Assembly (NCBI GenBank): GCA_963713045.1
Contig: CAVQKE010000003.1
Location: 544,001 to 608,000 of the forward strand
Origin: an uncultured delta proteobacterium
GTDB lineage: Bacteria > Myxococcota > Myxococcia > Myxococcales > Myxococcaceae
Reading direction: 5' to 3'
DNA length: 64,000 nt
Made by a program: the position numbers and the translations under genes. Below, one piece after another: positions 9,929-20,114 of the stretch; positions within the stretch are counted from its first letter, which is position 1; each line of letters opens with the position of its first letter. The notes beneath the pieces were generated by a model. That model saw only the letters and a list, made by a program, of their open reading frames with translations. It was not told where the DNA came from and searched no databases.

Positions 9929-10531
9929 ATGACGACCTCCGCCTTCCGCCCTGCCCTCCTCGCCGCAGGGGCGCTTTCGTTGGTGTTTGTGACTGGCTGC
10001 CAGTCCTATGACGAACTGGTCGCCAAGGACCAAGTCTGCGAGCAGCGCTGGGCCGACTACCAGGCAGCCTTGCAGCGTCGCGCGGACCTGGTCCCCAACC
10101 TGGTGGAAACCGTGAGGGCCGGGGCGAAACAGGAGCAGGCGACACTGACCGCCGTCGTCGAGGCACGGGCGAAGGCGACGTCCATCCAGCTGTCGGGCGA
10201 TGACCTCGAGGACCCGGCCAAGGTGGCCGCCTTTGAGAAGGCACAGAACCAACTCCAGTCGGCCATCTCACGCCTGCTGGTGGTGCAGGAGGCTTACCCG
10301 GACCTCAAGAGCAACCAGGGCTTTCGCGAGCTGCAGGTGCAGCTGGAAGGTACCGAGAACCGCATCCTCCGCGCGCGCGAGCAGTACAATGCCGCCGTGG
10401 CCGCCTACAACACGGAGCTGAAGAAAATCCGCGGCATCGCCATCAACAAGCTGACCGGCAAGCCCTTCAAGGAGCGGGTGTACTTCACGGCCTCGCCCGA
10501 TGCGCAGACCGCGCCGCAGGTGAAATTCTAA
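9929..10531 (+). CDS. lemA: LemA family lipoprotein
   Basis: VTGC lipobox, QRRADLVPNLVETV, EAYPDLKSN, LEGTENRI, YN motifs. Confidence 0.93.
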   Translation: MTTSAFRPALLAAGALSLVFVTGCQSYDELVAKDQVCEQRWADYQAALQRRADLVPNLVETVRAGAKQEQATLTAVVEARAKATSIQLSGDDLEDPAKVAAFEKAQNQLQSAISRLLVVQEAYPDLKSNQGFRELQVQLEGTENRILRAREQYNAAVAAYNTELKKIRGIAINKLTGKPFKERVYFTASPDAQTAPQVKF

Positions 10532-11316
10532 TGCGCTCGCGGGCGCTCGGCCCGCTGCTGGCGGCGCTGGTGTTGTCCGGCGCGGCCGATGCTTACCACC
10601 CGCCGCTGCCCACCGGGTACGTGACGGATGCTGCCGGAAAGCTGAGTTTCGAGGACCGAGCCTTCCTCGACGCGCGACTCGGCGCCTTCGAGCATGAGAA
10701 TGGCGCCCAAGTCTTCGTCTTCATCCCGGCCTCCCTCGACGGCGATGCCATCGAGGATGTGTCCTACGCCACCTTTCAGGCGTGGAAGGTTGGCCAGAAG
10801 GGCAAGGACAACGGCGTCCTGTTGACCTGGGCCCCCGCCGAGCGGCGCGTCTACATCACCACCGGCAAGGGCGTCGGTGGGGACCTGACCGACGTCCAGA
10901 CGTTTCGCATCATCCAGAAGATGAAGCCGTACCTGCAGGCCAACCGTAACCGGGAGGCGCTGCAAGTCGGGACGGACGGCATCATGGAGGCCATCTCGGG
11001 CAAGCCGCCTCCGGACCCGCTGCCGCGCCACCCCGGCGCTGGGCCAAACGACCCGCAGGTGGCGCCGGTAGGGGCAGGAGACCTCTTCGGGCTGTTGTGT
11101 CCCTTCCTGGTCCTCCTCTTCGTCATCATTCTGGTGGCGCGAGCCCGCCGGCGCGGCGGGGTGGTGCCCTTCCCCTTTTTCTGGGGTGGCGGCGGCTGGG
11201 GCGGAGGAGGCGGTGGAGGCTGGGGTGGAGGGGGCGGAGGCGACGGCGGGGGCGGCGGTTTCTCCGGCGGCGGCGGCGGAGAGTCTGGCGGCGGCGGCAG
11301 CGGCGACAGCTACTGA
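10531..11316 (+). CDS. TPM-domain membrane protein with Gly-rich tail
   Basis: YVTDAAGKLS, WKVGQKGKDNGVLL, one TM helix, GGGFSGGGGGESGGGG tail; coupled to lemA by TAATG. Confidence 0.9.
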   Translation: MRSRALGPLLAALVLSGAADAYHPPLPTGYVTDAAGKLSFEDRAFLDARLGAFEHENGAQVFVFIPASLDGDAIEDVSYATFQAWKVGQKGKDNGVLLTWAPAERRVYITTGKGVGGDLTDVQTFRIIQKMKPYLQANRNREALQVGTDGIMEAISGKPPPDPLPRHPGAGPNDPQVAPVGAGDLFGLLCPFLVLLFVIILVARARRRGGVVPFPFFWGGGGWGGGGGGGWGGGGGGDGGGGGFSGGGGGESGGGGSGDSY

Positions 11317-11435
11317 AACCCGGAAAGCTGGCCCATTCGCCCCGCGGGTTCGCCACCTGGACGGGGGCGCCGCGGCGGCTGCGTTGGGCGCGCCCACCTG
11401 TGTCTTTCGAAGCCTGAATCGCGACGCTTCGGCAG

Positions 11436-12785
11436 GTGCCTGCTAGCGTACTGCGCGCCCCCTTGCTCAACGGCATCTTCGTCGTCCTCGTCGCCGGGTC
11501 CGTCCTCGTCGCTGCCTTCACCGGGCGGCTGCCGGAACTCAACCGGGCGTGGCCCGAGGCCTCGATGGAGGCCGTCAACCTGGCCATCAAACTCATCGGC
11601 CCGATGGTCCTGTGGCTTGGCTTCATGGGCGTGCTGCGCGAGGCGGGCCTGTTGGCGGCGGTCGCCAAGGCGGTGCGCCCCGTCATGCGGCGTCTCTTTC
11701 CGGACGTCCCGGAGGACTCGCCGGCCATCGGCGCGATGATTCTCAACTTCTCCGCCAACATTTTAGGCGTCGGCAATGCGGCGACGCCCTTCGGGCTGAA
11801 GGCCATCTCGGAGTTGAACAAGGGCAACCCCTACCCGGGCGTCGCGACCAACTCCATGGCCCTCTTCGTGGCCATCAACACCTCGGGCCTCGCGGTGCTG
11901 CCGCTGGGCGTCATCACCGTCCGCTCGGCGATGGGCTCGCAAAACCCGGCCGCCATTTTCTTCCCCTCCATGCTGGCCACCATGTCCTCGGCGGTGGTGG
12001 CGGTGGTGGCGGCCAAGCTGCTGCAGCGGTTGCCGGTGTTTGCGCCGGAGCGGGTGGTGCTGTCGGGGGAGCCTCCCCTGGCCCCCCCGCCAAAGGCCCC
12101 GGACGCCGCGGCGGCAGCGGCGGCAGAGAAGGCTGCCTTGCCGCATGCGCCGGCCAGTCCCCTGCGGCGCCTCGTCACCCTGGCCGTTGCCCTGGCGCTG
12201 GTGGTGGGGCTTTTGCGTTCGCTGCTGACGATGAAGGTGGGCCACACCCCGTTTGAAGTCTTCCGCATGGCGATGAGCAGCTGGGTGCTGCCCCTCATCA
12301 TGTTCGCCATCGTCCTCTTCGGCTTCGCCCGCAAGGTGAAGGTGTACGAAGTGGTGGTGAGCGCCGGGAAGGAGGGCCTTCAGGTGGCGGTCTTCATCAC
12401 CCCCTACCTGGTGGCCATCCTGGTGGCGGTTGGCCTGTTCCGCGCTTCGGGGGCGATGGACGCCATCGTCGGCGTGTTGGGCAAAGTCACCGCGCCCTTA
12501 GGCTTTCCCTCCGAGGCGCTGCCGATGGCGCTGATGCGACCCCTCTCCGGCACCGGCGCCATCGCCATTCTGGCCGACACGATGAAGACCTACGGCCCCG
12601 ACTCCTTCATCGGCTACCTCACCTCCACCATCAACGGCAGCATGGAGACGACGTTTTACGTGCTGGCCGTCTACTTCGGCAGCGTGCAGGTCCGGGCTCT
12701 CCGGCACACCGTGGCCGCCTGCCTCATCACCGACTTGTCGGGCGTCATCACCTCGACGCTGCTGTGCCACCTCTTCTTCCGGTAG
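11436..12785 (+). CDS. SpmA-SpmB fusion (nucleoside-recognition/Gate domain membrane protein)
   Basis: SpmA-like NFSANILGVGNAATPFGLKA; SpmB-like ALMRPLSGTGA, YGPDSFIG, GSMETTFYVLAVYFGSV. Start uncertain (GTG 11436 or TTG 11463). Confidence 0.88.
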   Translation: MPASVLRAPLLNGIFVVLVAGSVLVAAFTGRLPELNRAWPEASMEAVNLAIKLIGPMVLWLGFMGVLREAGLLAAVAKAVRPVMRRLFPDVPEDSPAIGAMILNFSANILGVGNAATPFGLKAISELNKGNPYPGVATNSMALFVAINTSGLAVLPLGVITVRSAMGSQNPAAIFFPSMLATMSSAVVAVVAAKLLQRLPVFAPERVVLSGEPPLAPPPKAPDAAAAAAAEKAALPHAPASPLRRLVTLAVALALVVGLLRSLLTMKVGHTPFEVFRMAMSSWVLPLIMFAIVLFGFARKVKVYEVVVSAGKEGLQVAVFITPYLVAILVAVGLFRASGAMDAIVGVLGKVTAPLGFPSEALPMALMRPLSGTGAIAILADTMKTYGPDSFIGYLTSTINGSMETTFYVLAVYFGSVQVRALRHTVAACLITDLSGVITSTLLCHLFFR

Positions 12786-12798
12786 CCCCTTCGGGGCT
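12784..12798. terminator. Possible short hairpin terminator between convergent genes
   Basis: AGCCCC-TTC-GGGGCT, perfect 6-bp stem exactly between two convergent stops; no good U-tract. Confidence 0.3.
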
Positions 12799-13053
12799 TC
12801 AGGCCCCGCGCTCCTCGGAAGTGGGTGGCCGCGTGCGGGCCAGGCGGCGCGGGTCCGAGGCGCCGAGAAGGCGGAAATTCCTCCGCGCGGTGTTGAGGCT
12901 GACAGCGTTGGTGCCGTCGGCGAAGTCCGGGTGCTTGGCCTGGAAGGCGTCGTCTTCCCAGCCGCACACCGGACAGACGCTCAACGTCCCCGGCGGCGGC
13001 TCCCGCAGCGTCCAGCAGGTGCAGCACACGCACCGGTAACGCGCCTCCCTCAC
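12799..13053 (-). CDS. CPCC-family cysteine-rich protein
   Basis: C-terminal part of the 12799..13902 ORF: YRCVCC..TL....CPVCGWEDD...GTNAVSLNTARRNF; GTG start overlaps the upstream stop (GTGA). Confidence 0.8.
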   Translation of the reverse strand: MREARYRCVCCTCWTLREPPPGTLSVCPVCGWEDDAFQAKHPDFADGTNAVSLNTARRNFRLLGASDPRRLARTRPPTSEERGA

Positions 13054-13865
13054 TGAAGCGCCCCCGTCACCGCCCGCAGCGTGCCCTCCGGGTCGTCCAC
13101 CTGGAGCCAGTGGCCTGCCTGGGACAGCACCCGGAGGCCCAAGCGCCCTTCGGCGGCGAGCGCTTCCAGACGGTGGACGGCCTCGGGCTGCACCGTCGTC
13201 GAGCGGCCACCGAGGATGAAGTCGAAGCGCAGTCCAGGCGGTGGGTGGCTGACCAGCGCCCAGTCGTCCCGGGACAGCGCGTCGGCCAGGAGAGACTGCA
13301 TGGCCTGGAGGTTCGAGCCGAAGACGAAGCCGCCCTCCGTGGGCCGCAGACTCATCGCCAGCCACGCGGCCATGCCCGGTGGCTGTCCGGCCGCCTCCAT
13401 CCGGCTGAGGAAGGCCTGGCGCGAAGGCAGGACGGCCGGAAGGGCCTGCAGGGCAGAGAGCACCTCCCGCGTCGTCTCGCTGCCAATGCCGGCCGGGCGG
13501 GGCCCGGGGTCGGTGTCCAGAATGAGGGCGTGCCGAAGCCCCGGGCGAAAGGCCGTCCAGGCCAGCGCCACCTTGCCGCCCAAGGAATGGCCAAGGACGG
13601 CCTCCACCGGGCCGCGCAGGTGCGTGGCCAGGCCGTCCAAGTCCCCCGCCGCCGCTTGCACGGTATGTGGGGGCGAGAAGCCCGGCGAGTCGCCGTGCAT
13701 CCTCAAGTCCACCAGGGCGACACCCCAGTCGGGCAGTGCATTCACCAGGCCGCGGGCAAACGTCCGCCAGTTGCTGCCTCGCCCCAACAGGCCGTGGAGG
13801 ACAAGCATCCACCGGGTAGGTACCTTGCCCGGGGCCGTCACCTGGCTGTACGCGAGCGTCGGCAT
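13050..13865 (-). CDS. Alpha/beta-fold hydrolase (YbfF-like esterase)
   Basis: LHGLLGRGSNW, VDLRMHGDS, GHSLGGKVA, AGHWLQVDDP. Confidence 0.9.
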   Translation of the reverse strand: MPTLAYSQVTAPGKVPTRWMLVLHGLLGRGSNWRTFARGLVNALPDWGVALVDLRMHGDSPGFSPPHTVQAAAGDLDGLATHLRGPVEAVLGHSLGGKVALAWTAFRPGLRHALILDTDPGPRPAGIGSETTREVLSALQALPAVLPSRQAFLSRMEAAGQPPGMAAWLAMSLRPTEGGFVFGSNLQAMQSLLADALSRDDWALVSHPPPGLRFDFILGGRSTTVQPEAVHRLEALAAEGRLGLRVLSQAGHWLQVDDPEGTLRAVTGALQ

Positions 13866-13947
13866 GCCCCTCGGGCCGCCCTGGTACCACGGGGGCAGGC
13901 ATTCAGGAACTTGGGGTTGGGGGCGGACCTGCTAATGTTTCCAATCC

Positions 13948-14307
13948 GTGGCTCAGACTGACGAATTCGAAGCAGACTGGCAGCGCGCGAGGCCCTCCAA
14001 GCTGCCGTGGATTCTTCTTATTGCCCTCGCCCTGGTGGGCGGCTTTGCCGTCATCGCCCTCAGCGGCCAGAAGGCCGACGCCGAGAATCAGCTGCGCACG
14101 GCTCGCGAACAAGTGGACGCGATGGGCAAGAAGAACCTTGAGTTGGTTGGCGAAAAGTCCACCCTGGAGAAGCGCGTCTCGGACTTGGAGCGGGAAAACA
14201 AGCTGCTTGCCGAGCGCAAGGTGGAGCCAGTGAAGGACACCAAGGCGGATGGCAAGAAGCCGCCGGCCAAGCCAGCCAAGTCGACGAAGAAGAAGAAGTC
14301 CTCCTAG
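13948..14307 (+). CDS. Hypothetical single-TM coiled-coil protein with Lys-rich tail
   Basis: TM LPWILLIALALVGGFAVIAL, heptad-like middle, KPAKSTKKKKSS end; composition unlike shadow ORFs. Confidence 0.75.
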   Translation: MAQTDEFEADWQRARPSKLPWILLIALALVGGFAVIALSGQKADAENQLRTAREQVDAMGKKNLELVGEKSTLEKRVSDLERENKLLAERKVEPVKDTKADGKKPPAKPAKSTKKKKSS

Positions 14308-14327
14308 CCGCCTCCCGCGGGGCGCCC

Positions 14328-17300
14328 TCAGGCGCTTCTGGCGGCGGCCTTCCCCAACAGCGCCCGTAACAGCTGCCCGGTCGCGGTGTCTCTTTGGGCG
14401 ACGCGCGCCGGAGGGCCCTCGGCCACAATGCGGCCGCCGGCCTCTCCGCCCTCCGGGCCGAGCTCCACCAGGTGGTCGGCCGCGGCGATGATGGTCGGGT
14501 GGTGCTCAATCACGACGAGGGTGTCTCCGCGCTCCACCAGCCGTCCGAGGAAGTGCACCAGCTTCTCGACGTCCGACAGGTGCAGCCCGGTGGTGGGCTC
14601 GTCCAGCACGTACAGCGTCGGCTCATGGCGGGCCGAAGCGGTGAGCTCCGCCGCCAGTTTGAGTCGCTGGGCCTCCCCGCCGGAGAGGGTATGGCTGCCC
14701 TGGCCGAGCTGCAGGTAGCCCACCCCCAACTCCACCAGGCACTGCAGCGGAGCGGCCACCCGCGGGAGGGCGGCGAAGACTTCCCGTGCCTCCTCCACCG
14801 TCAAGTGCAGCACCTGGCCGACGTCCAGCCCGTGGTAGCGCACCTCGCGCGTGGGGGCGTCGAAGCGCATGCCGCCGCATGCCTCGCACGGCGTCGTCAC
14901 GTCCGGGAGGAAGGACATCTCGTGGCTGATGCTCCCTTGCCCCTGGCACGCCTGGCACCGGCCGCCGGCGGCGGTGTTGAAGGAGAAGCGAGCCGGCCCG
15001 AAGCCCCGGGCCCGGGCTTCGGGGGTGGCGGCAAAGGCCCGCCGCAACTCGTCCCACAGGCCGAGAAAGGTGGCCGGGACGCTGCGCGGGGTGCGGCCAA
15101 TGGGCGACTGGTCGACGGCCAGCACCCGGCGCAGCCCACCGAGGCCACTCAGCGCGGTGAAGGGCCCGGGCGGCGCCGTCACTCGGCCCAGGGCCGCGCG
15201 CACCGCTGGAAACAGCACCTGGCGGACCAGGGTACTCTTCCCGCTTCCGGAGACGCCGGCAACGACGGTCAGCCGTCCTAAGGGCAGGCGCAAGTCCACC
15301 TTCCTGAGGTTGTTGGCCCGGGCGCCGAGCAGCTCCAGCCAGGCCGATGCCTCGGGCCTGGCTGCCGGCATCAGCGTCGGCCGCGCCAGGGCGCGGGCGG
15401 TGGGGGAAATGTCCAGACTGAGGACGTGCTCCGGAGGCCCTTCGGCCACGATGCGTCCCCCTCCCCGTCCGCCACCGGGCCCCAAGTCGATGAGGTGGTC
15501 GGCCGCGCGCAGGGTGTCCGCGTCGTGCTCCACCACCACCACCGTCGAGCCCGACCGCACCAGGGCGCGCAGGTTGTCCAGAAGCCGGTGGGTGTCGCGC
15601 GGGTGGAGGCCGATGGTGGGCTCGTCCAGCACGTAGAGGGCCCCGGTGAGTCCCGCTCCGGCCTGGGCCGCAAGTCGGAGCCGCTGCATCTCACCGCCAC
15701 TCAACGTCGAGGCATTGCGGTCCAGCGACAGGTAGCCGAGGCCTACCCGCTCGAGAAATTCCAGTCTGCGCACCAACTCGCCGAGGGCAGTGTCGCCCAG
15801 CTGGGCGTCCGTGCCGTGGAAGTGCCAGCGCCGCACCCGGGCCAGCGCCCGGCAGACGGAGTCCGCCACCACCTCGTGGTAGCGCGCCCCAAACAGGCGC
15901 ACCGCGCGGGGAATGGGCTGAAGGCGCGTGCCCTGGCAACTCCCGCAGGCCTCGCTTTCCCCTTCGGCAACGGCGTCGGCTCCCCCTTCCACCCCCGTGC
16001 CTTCACAGGCCTCGCACGCCCCCTGGCGGGTGTTGAAGGAAAACCAGCGTGGGTCGAGTTCAGGCACCGCGGTGCCGCAGGCCGCACAGCTGCGCGCGGC
16101 CGATAGGAGACTTTCCCCCTGGCCGGACACCAGCCGCACCAGCCCCTTGCCCCAGCGCAGCGCCCGCTCGAAGGCCTCCTGGGGCAGCTCTGCGGCACGG
16201 CCGGTCCACAGGACCAAGTCAATGTCGTGCTCCTGGGACTTCTTCAGCCGCGGCGGGGTGTCGGTGGAGACGCGGACGCCGTCCACCCGGGCCTCCACGA
16301 CGCCGGCGCGAGATGCCGCAGTGAAGACGTCCAGGTAGGTGCCCTTGCGCGCGCGCACCACCGGTGCCTGCAGCGTCAGCTGCCCGCGCACCCGGCGCGA
16401 GCGCTGCCAGAGGGCTTCTGGGGACTGGGGCGCGATGGGCGAATCATCCCGGGGGCAGTGTGCCGTCCCCACCTTGGCGTAGAGGAGCCGCAGGTAATGG
16501 GCCACTTCGGTGACGGTGGCCACGGTGCTGGTGGCGCCGGCGCGGGCCGTGCGCTGCTCAACCGCCACTGCCGGCGGGAGCCCGCGAATGCGCTCGACGT
16601 CTGGCCGAGGCAACATCGGCAAAAACTGCCGGGCGTACGGGGACAGCGTTTCGACGAAGCGCCGTTGTGCTTCGGCGTACAGCACGTCAAAGGCCAGGGT
16701 GCTTTTCCCGCTGCCGGACGGCCCGGTCATCACCACCAGCTTTCCCAAGGGAATGCGGCAGCTGACGTCCTGAAGGTTGTGCTCGCGGGCGTGTTCCACC
16801 TCAATCGCGCGGTCGGTGACGGCGGCCTCCTTGCGCGGGGCCACCACCGGGGCGCGACGGCCGGCTGCCCGGAGGGCCTCGGCCGTGCGTCCCACGCCCT
16901 GGGCCAGCGCCGCAGGCGGGCCCTCGGCCACCAGGCGCCCGCCGTGCCGTCCGCCGCCCGGCCCCAAGTCCACCACCCAGTCCGAGCCGCGGATGAAGCC
17001 CAAGTCATGCTCGACGGCCAGCACGCTGCCGCCGGCATCCACCAGTCCGTGCAGGGCCTGCAGCACCGCCGCCACATCCTCGCCGTGCAACCCAGCGCTG
17101 GGCTCGTCCAACAGGTAAAGGGCCCCCAGCTGTGGGCCGCCCAGCGCGCGCGCCAGCTTCACCCGTTGCGCCTCGCCGCCGGAGAGGCTGGACAGTGGCT
17201 GTCCCAAAGGCAGGTAGCCCAGCCCGAGACGGGCCAGGGGTTCCAGGCTGCGGGCCACGGCTGGGAGGTCGGAAAAAACCGACAGGGCACTGGCGACCGA

Positions 17301-19604
17301 CATGTCCAGCACCTCCGCGACGCTGTGGCCGCGCAGCCGCACCGCCAGCACTTCATCCCGAAAGCGCCGCCCGCGGCAGCTGGGGCAGGTGAGACGCACG
17401 TCTGCCAAAAACTGCATCTCCACCGTCTCCGCGCCCTCGCCGGCACAGGCTTCACACCGGCCGCCCTCCACGTTGAAGGAGAAGTGGCCACTCGGTAGTC
17501 CGCGCAGCACCGCGTCGGGCGTTTGGGAGAAGGCCTGACGAAGCGCATCCCAGGCCTTGGTGTAGGTGGCGGCGTTGCCCCGGGACGTCCGTCCCAGCGG
17601 GGCTTGGTCGACGAGGACGACGCGGGAAATGCCGTCCGCCCCGTCCACGCCGTCCACGCTGCCAGGCGCTTCCACGTCGCGCTGACCCAGCCGGCGTGCC
17701 AACGTGCGGTAGAGGACCTCCTCCAGCAGCGTGCTTTTGCCGCTTCCGGAGGGTCCGGTGATGGTGCACAGCGTGGCCAGTGGCAGCCGCACGTCCAGTC
17801 CCTGCAGGTTGTTGGCCCTGGCGCCCCGCACCCGGAGGTGGCCATGCCCCGGCCGCGGCTTCCTCGTCGAGGCGGCCGCCTCGCCGGCCAGCACCCGGCC
17901 CGTCGGAAGGTCCAGGCGTTTCTGCAGCGCGCTCGGGCTTCCGTCAAAGCACAGCTGCCCGCCGCCCGGGCCGGCCGCCGGGCCGAGCTCCAGGACGCGG
18001 GCGCAGCGGCGAATGACGGCCGGGTCGTGCTCCAACACCAGCGCAACGTTGCCCCGCGCGGCCAGTTCTTCCAGGGTGCCGCACAGCGTCTCCACGTCGG
18101 AGGGGTGAAGGCCAACCGTGGGCTCGTCCAGGACGAAGAGGGCACCGGTGAGGGCCGTGCCAAGCGCTGCGGTGAGGGAGACGCGCTGCGCTTCACCCCC
18201 CGAAAGGGTGCGACTCTGACGGTCCAGCCGGAGGTAGCCGAGGCCGACGGTTTCCAGGTAGGCCAGCCGGGTGGCGAGCTCCCGGCGGACAAGTTCGCCC
18301 TGGCCGGTCCGCACCTGAAGGGCTTCCAAGCGGGTCCGGGCCTCAGAGACTTCCAAGCCGTGCCAGGCGGCGAGGTCGAGGCCGCCGGTGCGGTAGCCGA
18401 GCGCCATCGGGTTGAGGCGGGCCCCATGGCAGGCGGTGCACAGGGTGTAGGCGCGGTAGCGGGCCAGCAGCACCCGGACATGCATTTTGTAGGTGCGCCC
18501 TTCCAGCCAGCGAAACCAGGCGCGTAGCCCCGGGTAGTGCCCGGCCCGGTAGCTCCCCTCGCCCTGTAGCACCGCTTCGCGTTGCACCGGAGAGAGGTGG
18601 CCCCATGGAACGTCGAGGGGAATGCCGCGCTTCTTTGCGAAGCGCACCAGCATCTCGCGCTCCCACTCGCTGGAGCGGCCATTCCATGGCCGGAGCGCCC
18701 CCTGCTGCAGGCTGAGGGCATCGTCCGGAATGACTTTTTCCCAGTCAATGCCCAGCGTCCGGCCGAAGCCGCGGCAGGTCGGGCAGGCGCCCACCGCCGA
18801 CTGGTAGCTGAAGAGGCCGGGCGAGGCGGCTTCAAACCCGTGCCCGCACCCTGGGCAGGCCAGGCCCTGCCGCAACAGGGTGCGCGCGCCGTCCACCCAC
18901 AGCGCCGCCGAGCCGGCCCCGCGCGCCCAAGCTTCCTCGAGGCTGGCACTGAGGCGTGGAAGGCCCTTCGCCTCAAGCGCCAAGCGGTCCACCACCACCT
19001 CGGCCCACCCGGTGGGCCCCATCGCCTGGGCGGGACTCAGCCCCTCCAGGGGGCGCACCTCGCCTTGCACCCACAGCCGCCGGTAGCCGTCGCGGAGCAG
19101 CTTCTCGCGGGCGTCGAGGAAGTCCGCCGTGTCTGCCATGCGGACGCCGTAGGTGAGGAGGCCAAGGCGGCCTTGGCCGGCGGCCAGAGCGGCGGCGGCA
19201 GCAGCGTGCGCGTCCGTGGGGCGGGCTTCTGCCCCGTCCACCGGGCAGACCGGAAGGGCTTCCCGGGTAAAGAGGGCGCACAGGTACGCCTCCAAGTCGG
19301 CCAAGGTGGCCACTGTGGAGCGCGAGCTCTTCACCGGCGAGCGGCGGTCGACGGCGATGCCGGTGGCCACTGGCTCCAGGGCCTCCATCGGCGGGCGCTC
19401 CAGCCTCTCGAGAAATTGCCGGGCGTAGGGGCTGAAGCTTTCGACGAAGCGCCGCTGTCCCTCGGCGTACAAGGTATCCACCGCCAGGCTGCTTTTGCCC
19501 GCTCCGGAGACGCCGGTGACAGCCACCAGCTCGCCCTCGGCCAAGTCGAGCGAGACGTCCTTCAGGTTGTGGGTACGGGCCCGGACGAGGTGGGTCTTCT
19601 GCAT
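14328..19604 (-). CDS. uvrA: Excinuclease ABC subunit A, tandem-duplicated (1758 aa, four ABC ATPase modules)
   Basis: Four Walker A motifs (GVSGAGKS, GPSGSGKS x2, GVSGSGKS), four LSGGE signatures with LDEP Walker B, CxxC zinc modules, and EGQRRFVES / EAQRRFVET in each half. Confidence 0.93.
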   Translation of the reverse strand: MQKTHLVRARTHNLKDVSLDLAEGELVAVTGVSGAGKSSLAVDTLYAEGQRRFVESFSPYARQFLERLERPPMEALEPVATGIAVDRRSPVKSSRSTVATLADLEAYLCALFTREALPVCPVDGAEARPTDAHAAAAAALAAGQGRLGLLTYGVRMADTADFLDAREKLLRDGYRRLWVQGEVRPLEGLSPAQAMGPTGWAEVVVDRLALEAKGLPRLSASLEEAWARGAGSAALWVDGARTLLRQGLACPGCGHGFEAASPGLFSYQSAVGACPTCRGFGRTLGIDWEKVIPDDALSLQQGALRPWNGRSSEWEREMLVRFAKKRGIPLDVPWGHLSPVQREAVLQGEGSYRAGHYPGLRAWFRWLEGRTYKMHVRVLLARYRAYTLCTACHGARLNPMALGYRTGGLDLAAWHGLEVSEARTRLEALQVRTGQGELVRRELATRLAYLETVGLGYLRLDRQSRTLSGGEAQRVSLTAALGTALTGALFVLDEPTVGLHPSDVETLCGTLEELAARGNVALVLEHDPAVIRRCARVLELGPAAGPGGGQLCFDGSPSALQKRLDLPTGRVLAGEAAASTRKPRPGHGHLRVRGARANNLQGLDVRLPLATLCTITGPSGSGKSTLLEEVLYRTLARRLGQRDVEAPGSVDGVDGADGISRVVLVDQAPLGRTSRGNAATYTKAWDALRQAFSQTPDAVLRGLPSGHFSFNVEGGRCEACAGEGAETVEMQFLADVRLTCPSCRGRRFRDEVLAVRLRGHSVAEVLDMSVASALSVFSDLPAVARSLEPLARLGLGYLPLGQPLSSLSGGEAQRVKLARALGGPQLGALYLLDEPSAGLHGEDVAAVLQALHGLVDAGGSVLAVEHDLGFIRGSDWVVDLGPGGGRHGGRLVAEGPPAALAQGVGRTAEALRAAGRRAPVVAPRKEAAVTDRAIEVEHAREHNLQDVSCRIPLGKLVVMTGPSGSGKSTLAFDVLYAEAQRRFVETLSPYARQFLPMLPRPDVERIRGLPPAVAVEQRTARAGATSTVATVTEVAHYLRLLYAKVGTAHCPRDDSPIAPQSPEALWQRSRRVRGQLTLQAPVVRARKGTYLDVFTAASRAGVVEARVDGVRVSTDTPPRLKKSQEHDIDLVLWTGRAAELPQEAFERALRWGKGLVRLVSGQGESLLSAARSCAACGTAVPELDPRWFSFNTRQGACEACEGTGVEGGADAVAEGESEACGSCQGTRLQPIPRAVRLFGARYHEVVADSVCRALARVRRWHFHGTDAQLGDTALGELVRRLEFLERVGLGYLSLDRNASTLSGGEMQRLRLAAQAGAGLTGALYVLDEPTIGLHPRDTHRLLDNLRALVRSGSTVVVVEHDADTLRAADHLIDLGPGGGRGGGRIVAEGPPEHVLSLDISPTARALARPTLMPAARPEASAWLELLGARANNLRKVDLRLPLGRLTVVAGVSGSGKSTLVRQVLFPAVRAALGRVTAPPGPFTALSGLGGLRRVLAVDQSPIGRTPRSVPATFLGLWDELRRAFAATPEARARGFGPARFSFNTAAGGRCQACQGQGSISHEMSFLPDVTTPCEACGGMRFDAPTREVRYHGLDVGQVLHLTVEEAREVFAALPRVAAPLQCLVELGVGYLQLGQGSHTLSGGEAQRLKLAAELTASARHEPTLYVLDEPTTGLHLSDVEKLVHFLGRLVERGDTLVVIEHHPTIIAAADHLVELGPEGGEAGGRIVAEGPPARVAQRDTATGQLLRALLGKAAARSA

Positions 19605-19683
19605 GGGGACGACCGCGGCCTAAATAGCGAAGGAAGGCGTCCGGCGCTGCCCTCAAGTGGGGCCCGGGACGAAACAAAAGCGC

Positions 19684-20067
19684 ATGGACCAGGCCAGCCC
19701 AGGGGCCGCCGAGCGAAGAAGGGCAGCCGCCGAAGCCCTCGGCCTGGCCGACGAGGCGCTGTTGCGCGCCTGTGTGGAAAGCTTCTTTGTGGGCAGTGGC
19801 CCGGGCGGACAGCACCGCAACAAGACGGCCTCGGCGGTGCGGCTGTGGCACCCGGCCACCAGCCTCACGGTGACAGCCACCGAGCGGCGCAGCCAGGCGC
19901 AAAACCGCGCCGTCGCCTTACGCCGGCTGCGCGCCGCCCTGCGGGCCATCTCCCACGTCCCCCGGGTGAGAAAGCCGACGCGTCCTTCGGGCGCCTCCCG
20001 CGAGCGCCGGCTGGCGGCTAAGCGCCACCGGGCGCAGAGGAAGGCCAGTCGCCGCCCTGAAGGCTAA
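19684..20067 (+). CDS. Peptide chain release factor-like protein (ArfB/YaeJ-type ribosome rescue)
   Basis: SGPGGQHRNKTASAVRL (GGQ motif), ERRSQAQNR, basic tail RKPTRPSGASRERRLAAKR. Confidence 0.85.
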   Translation: MDQASPGAAERRRAAAEALGLADEALLRACVESFFVGSGPGGQHRNKTASAVRLWHPATSLTVTATERRSQAQNRAVALRRLRAALRAISHVPRVRKPTRPSGASRERRLAAKRHRAQRKASRRPEG

Positions 20068-20114
20068 GGTATTTGGTGCCGCCTTGGGGCGGCCCGGGCC
20101 CCTGGAGGTCAGAC

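Noticed and set aside
11182..11305. G-rich repeat or G-quadruplex element
   Set aside because: It is explained by the usual Gly-rich tail of TPM-domain proteins.
11436..12785. spmAB as evidence of endospore formation
   Set aside because: SpmA/SpmB-like membrane proteins are widespread in non-endospore-forming bacteria.
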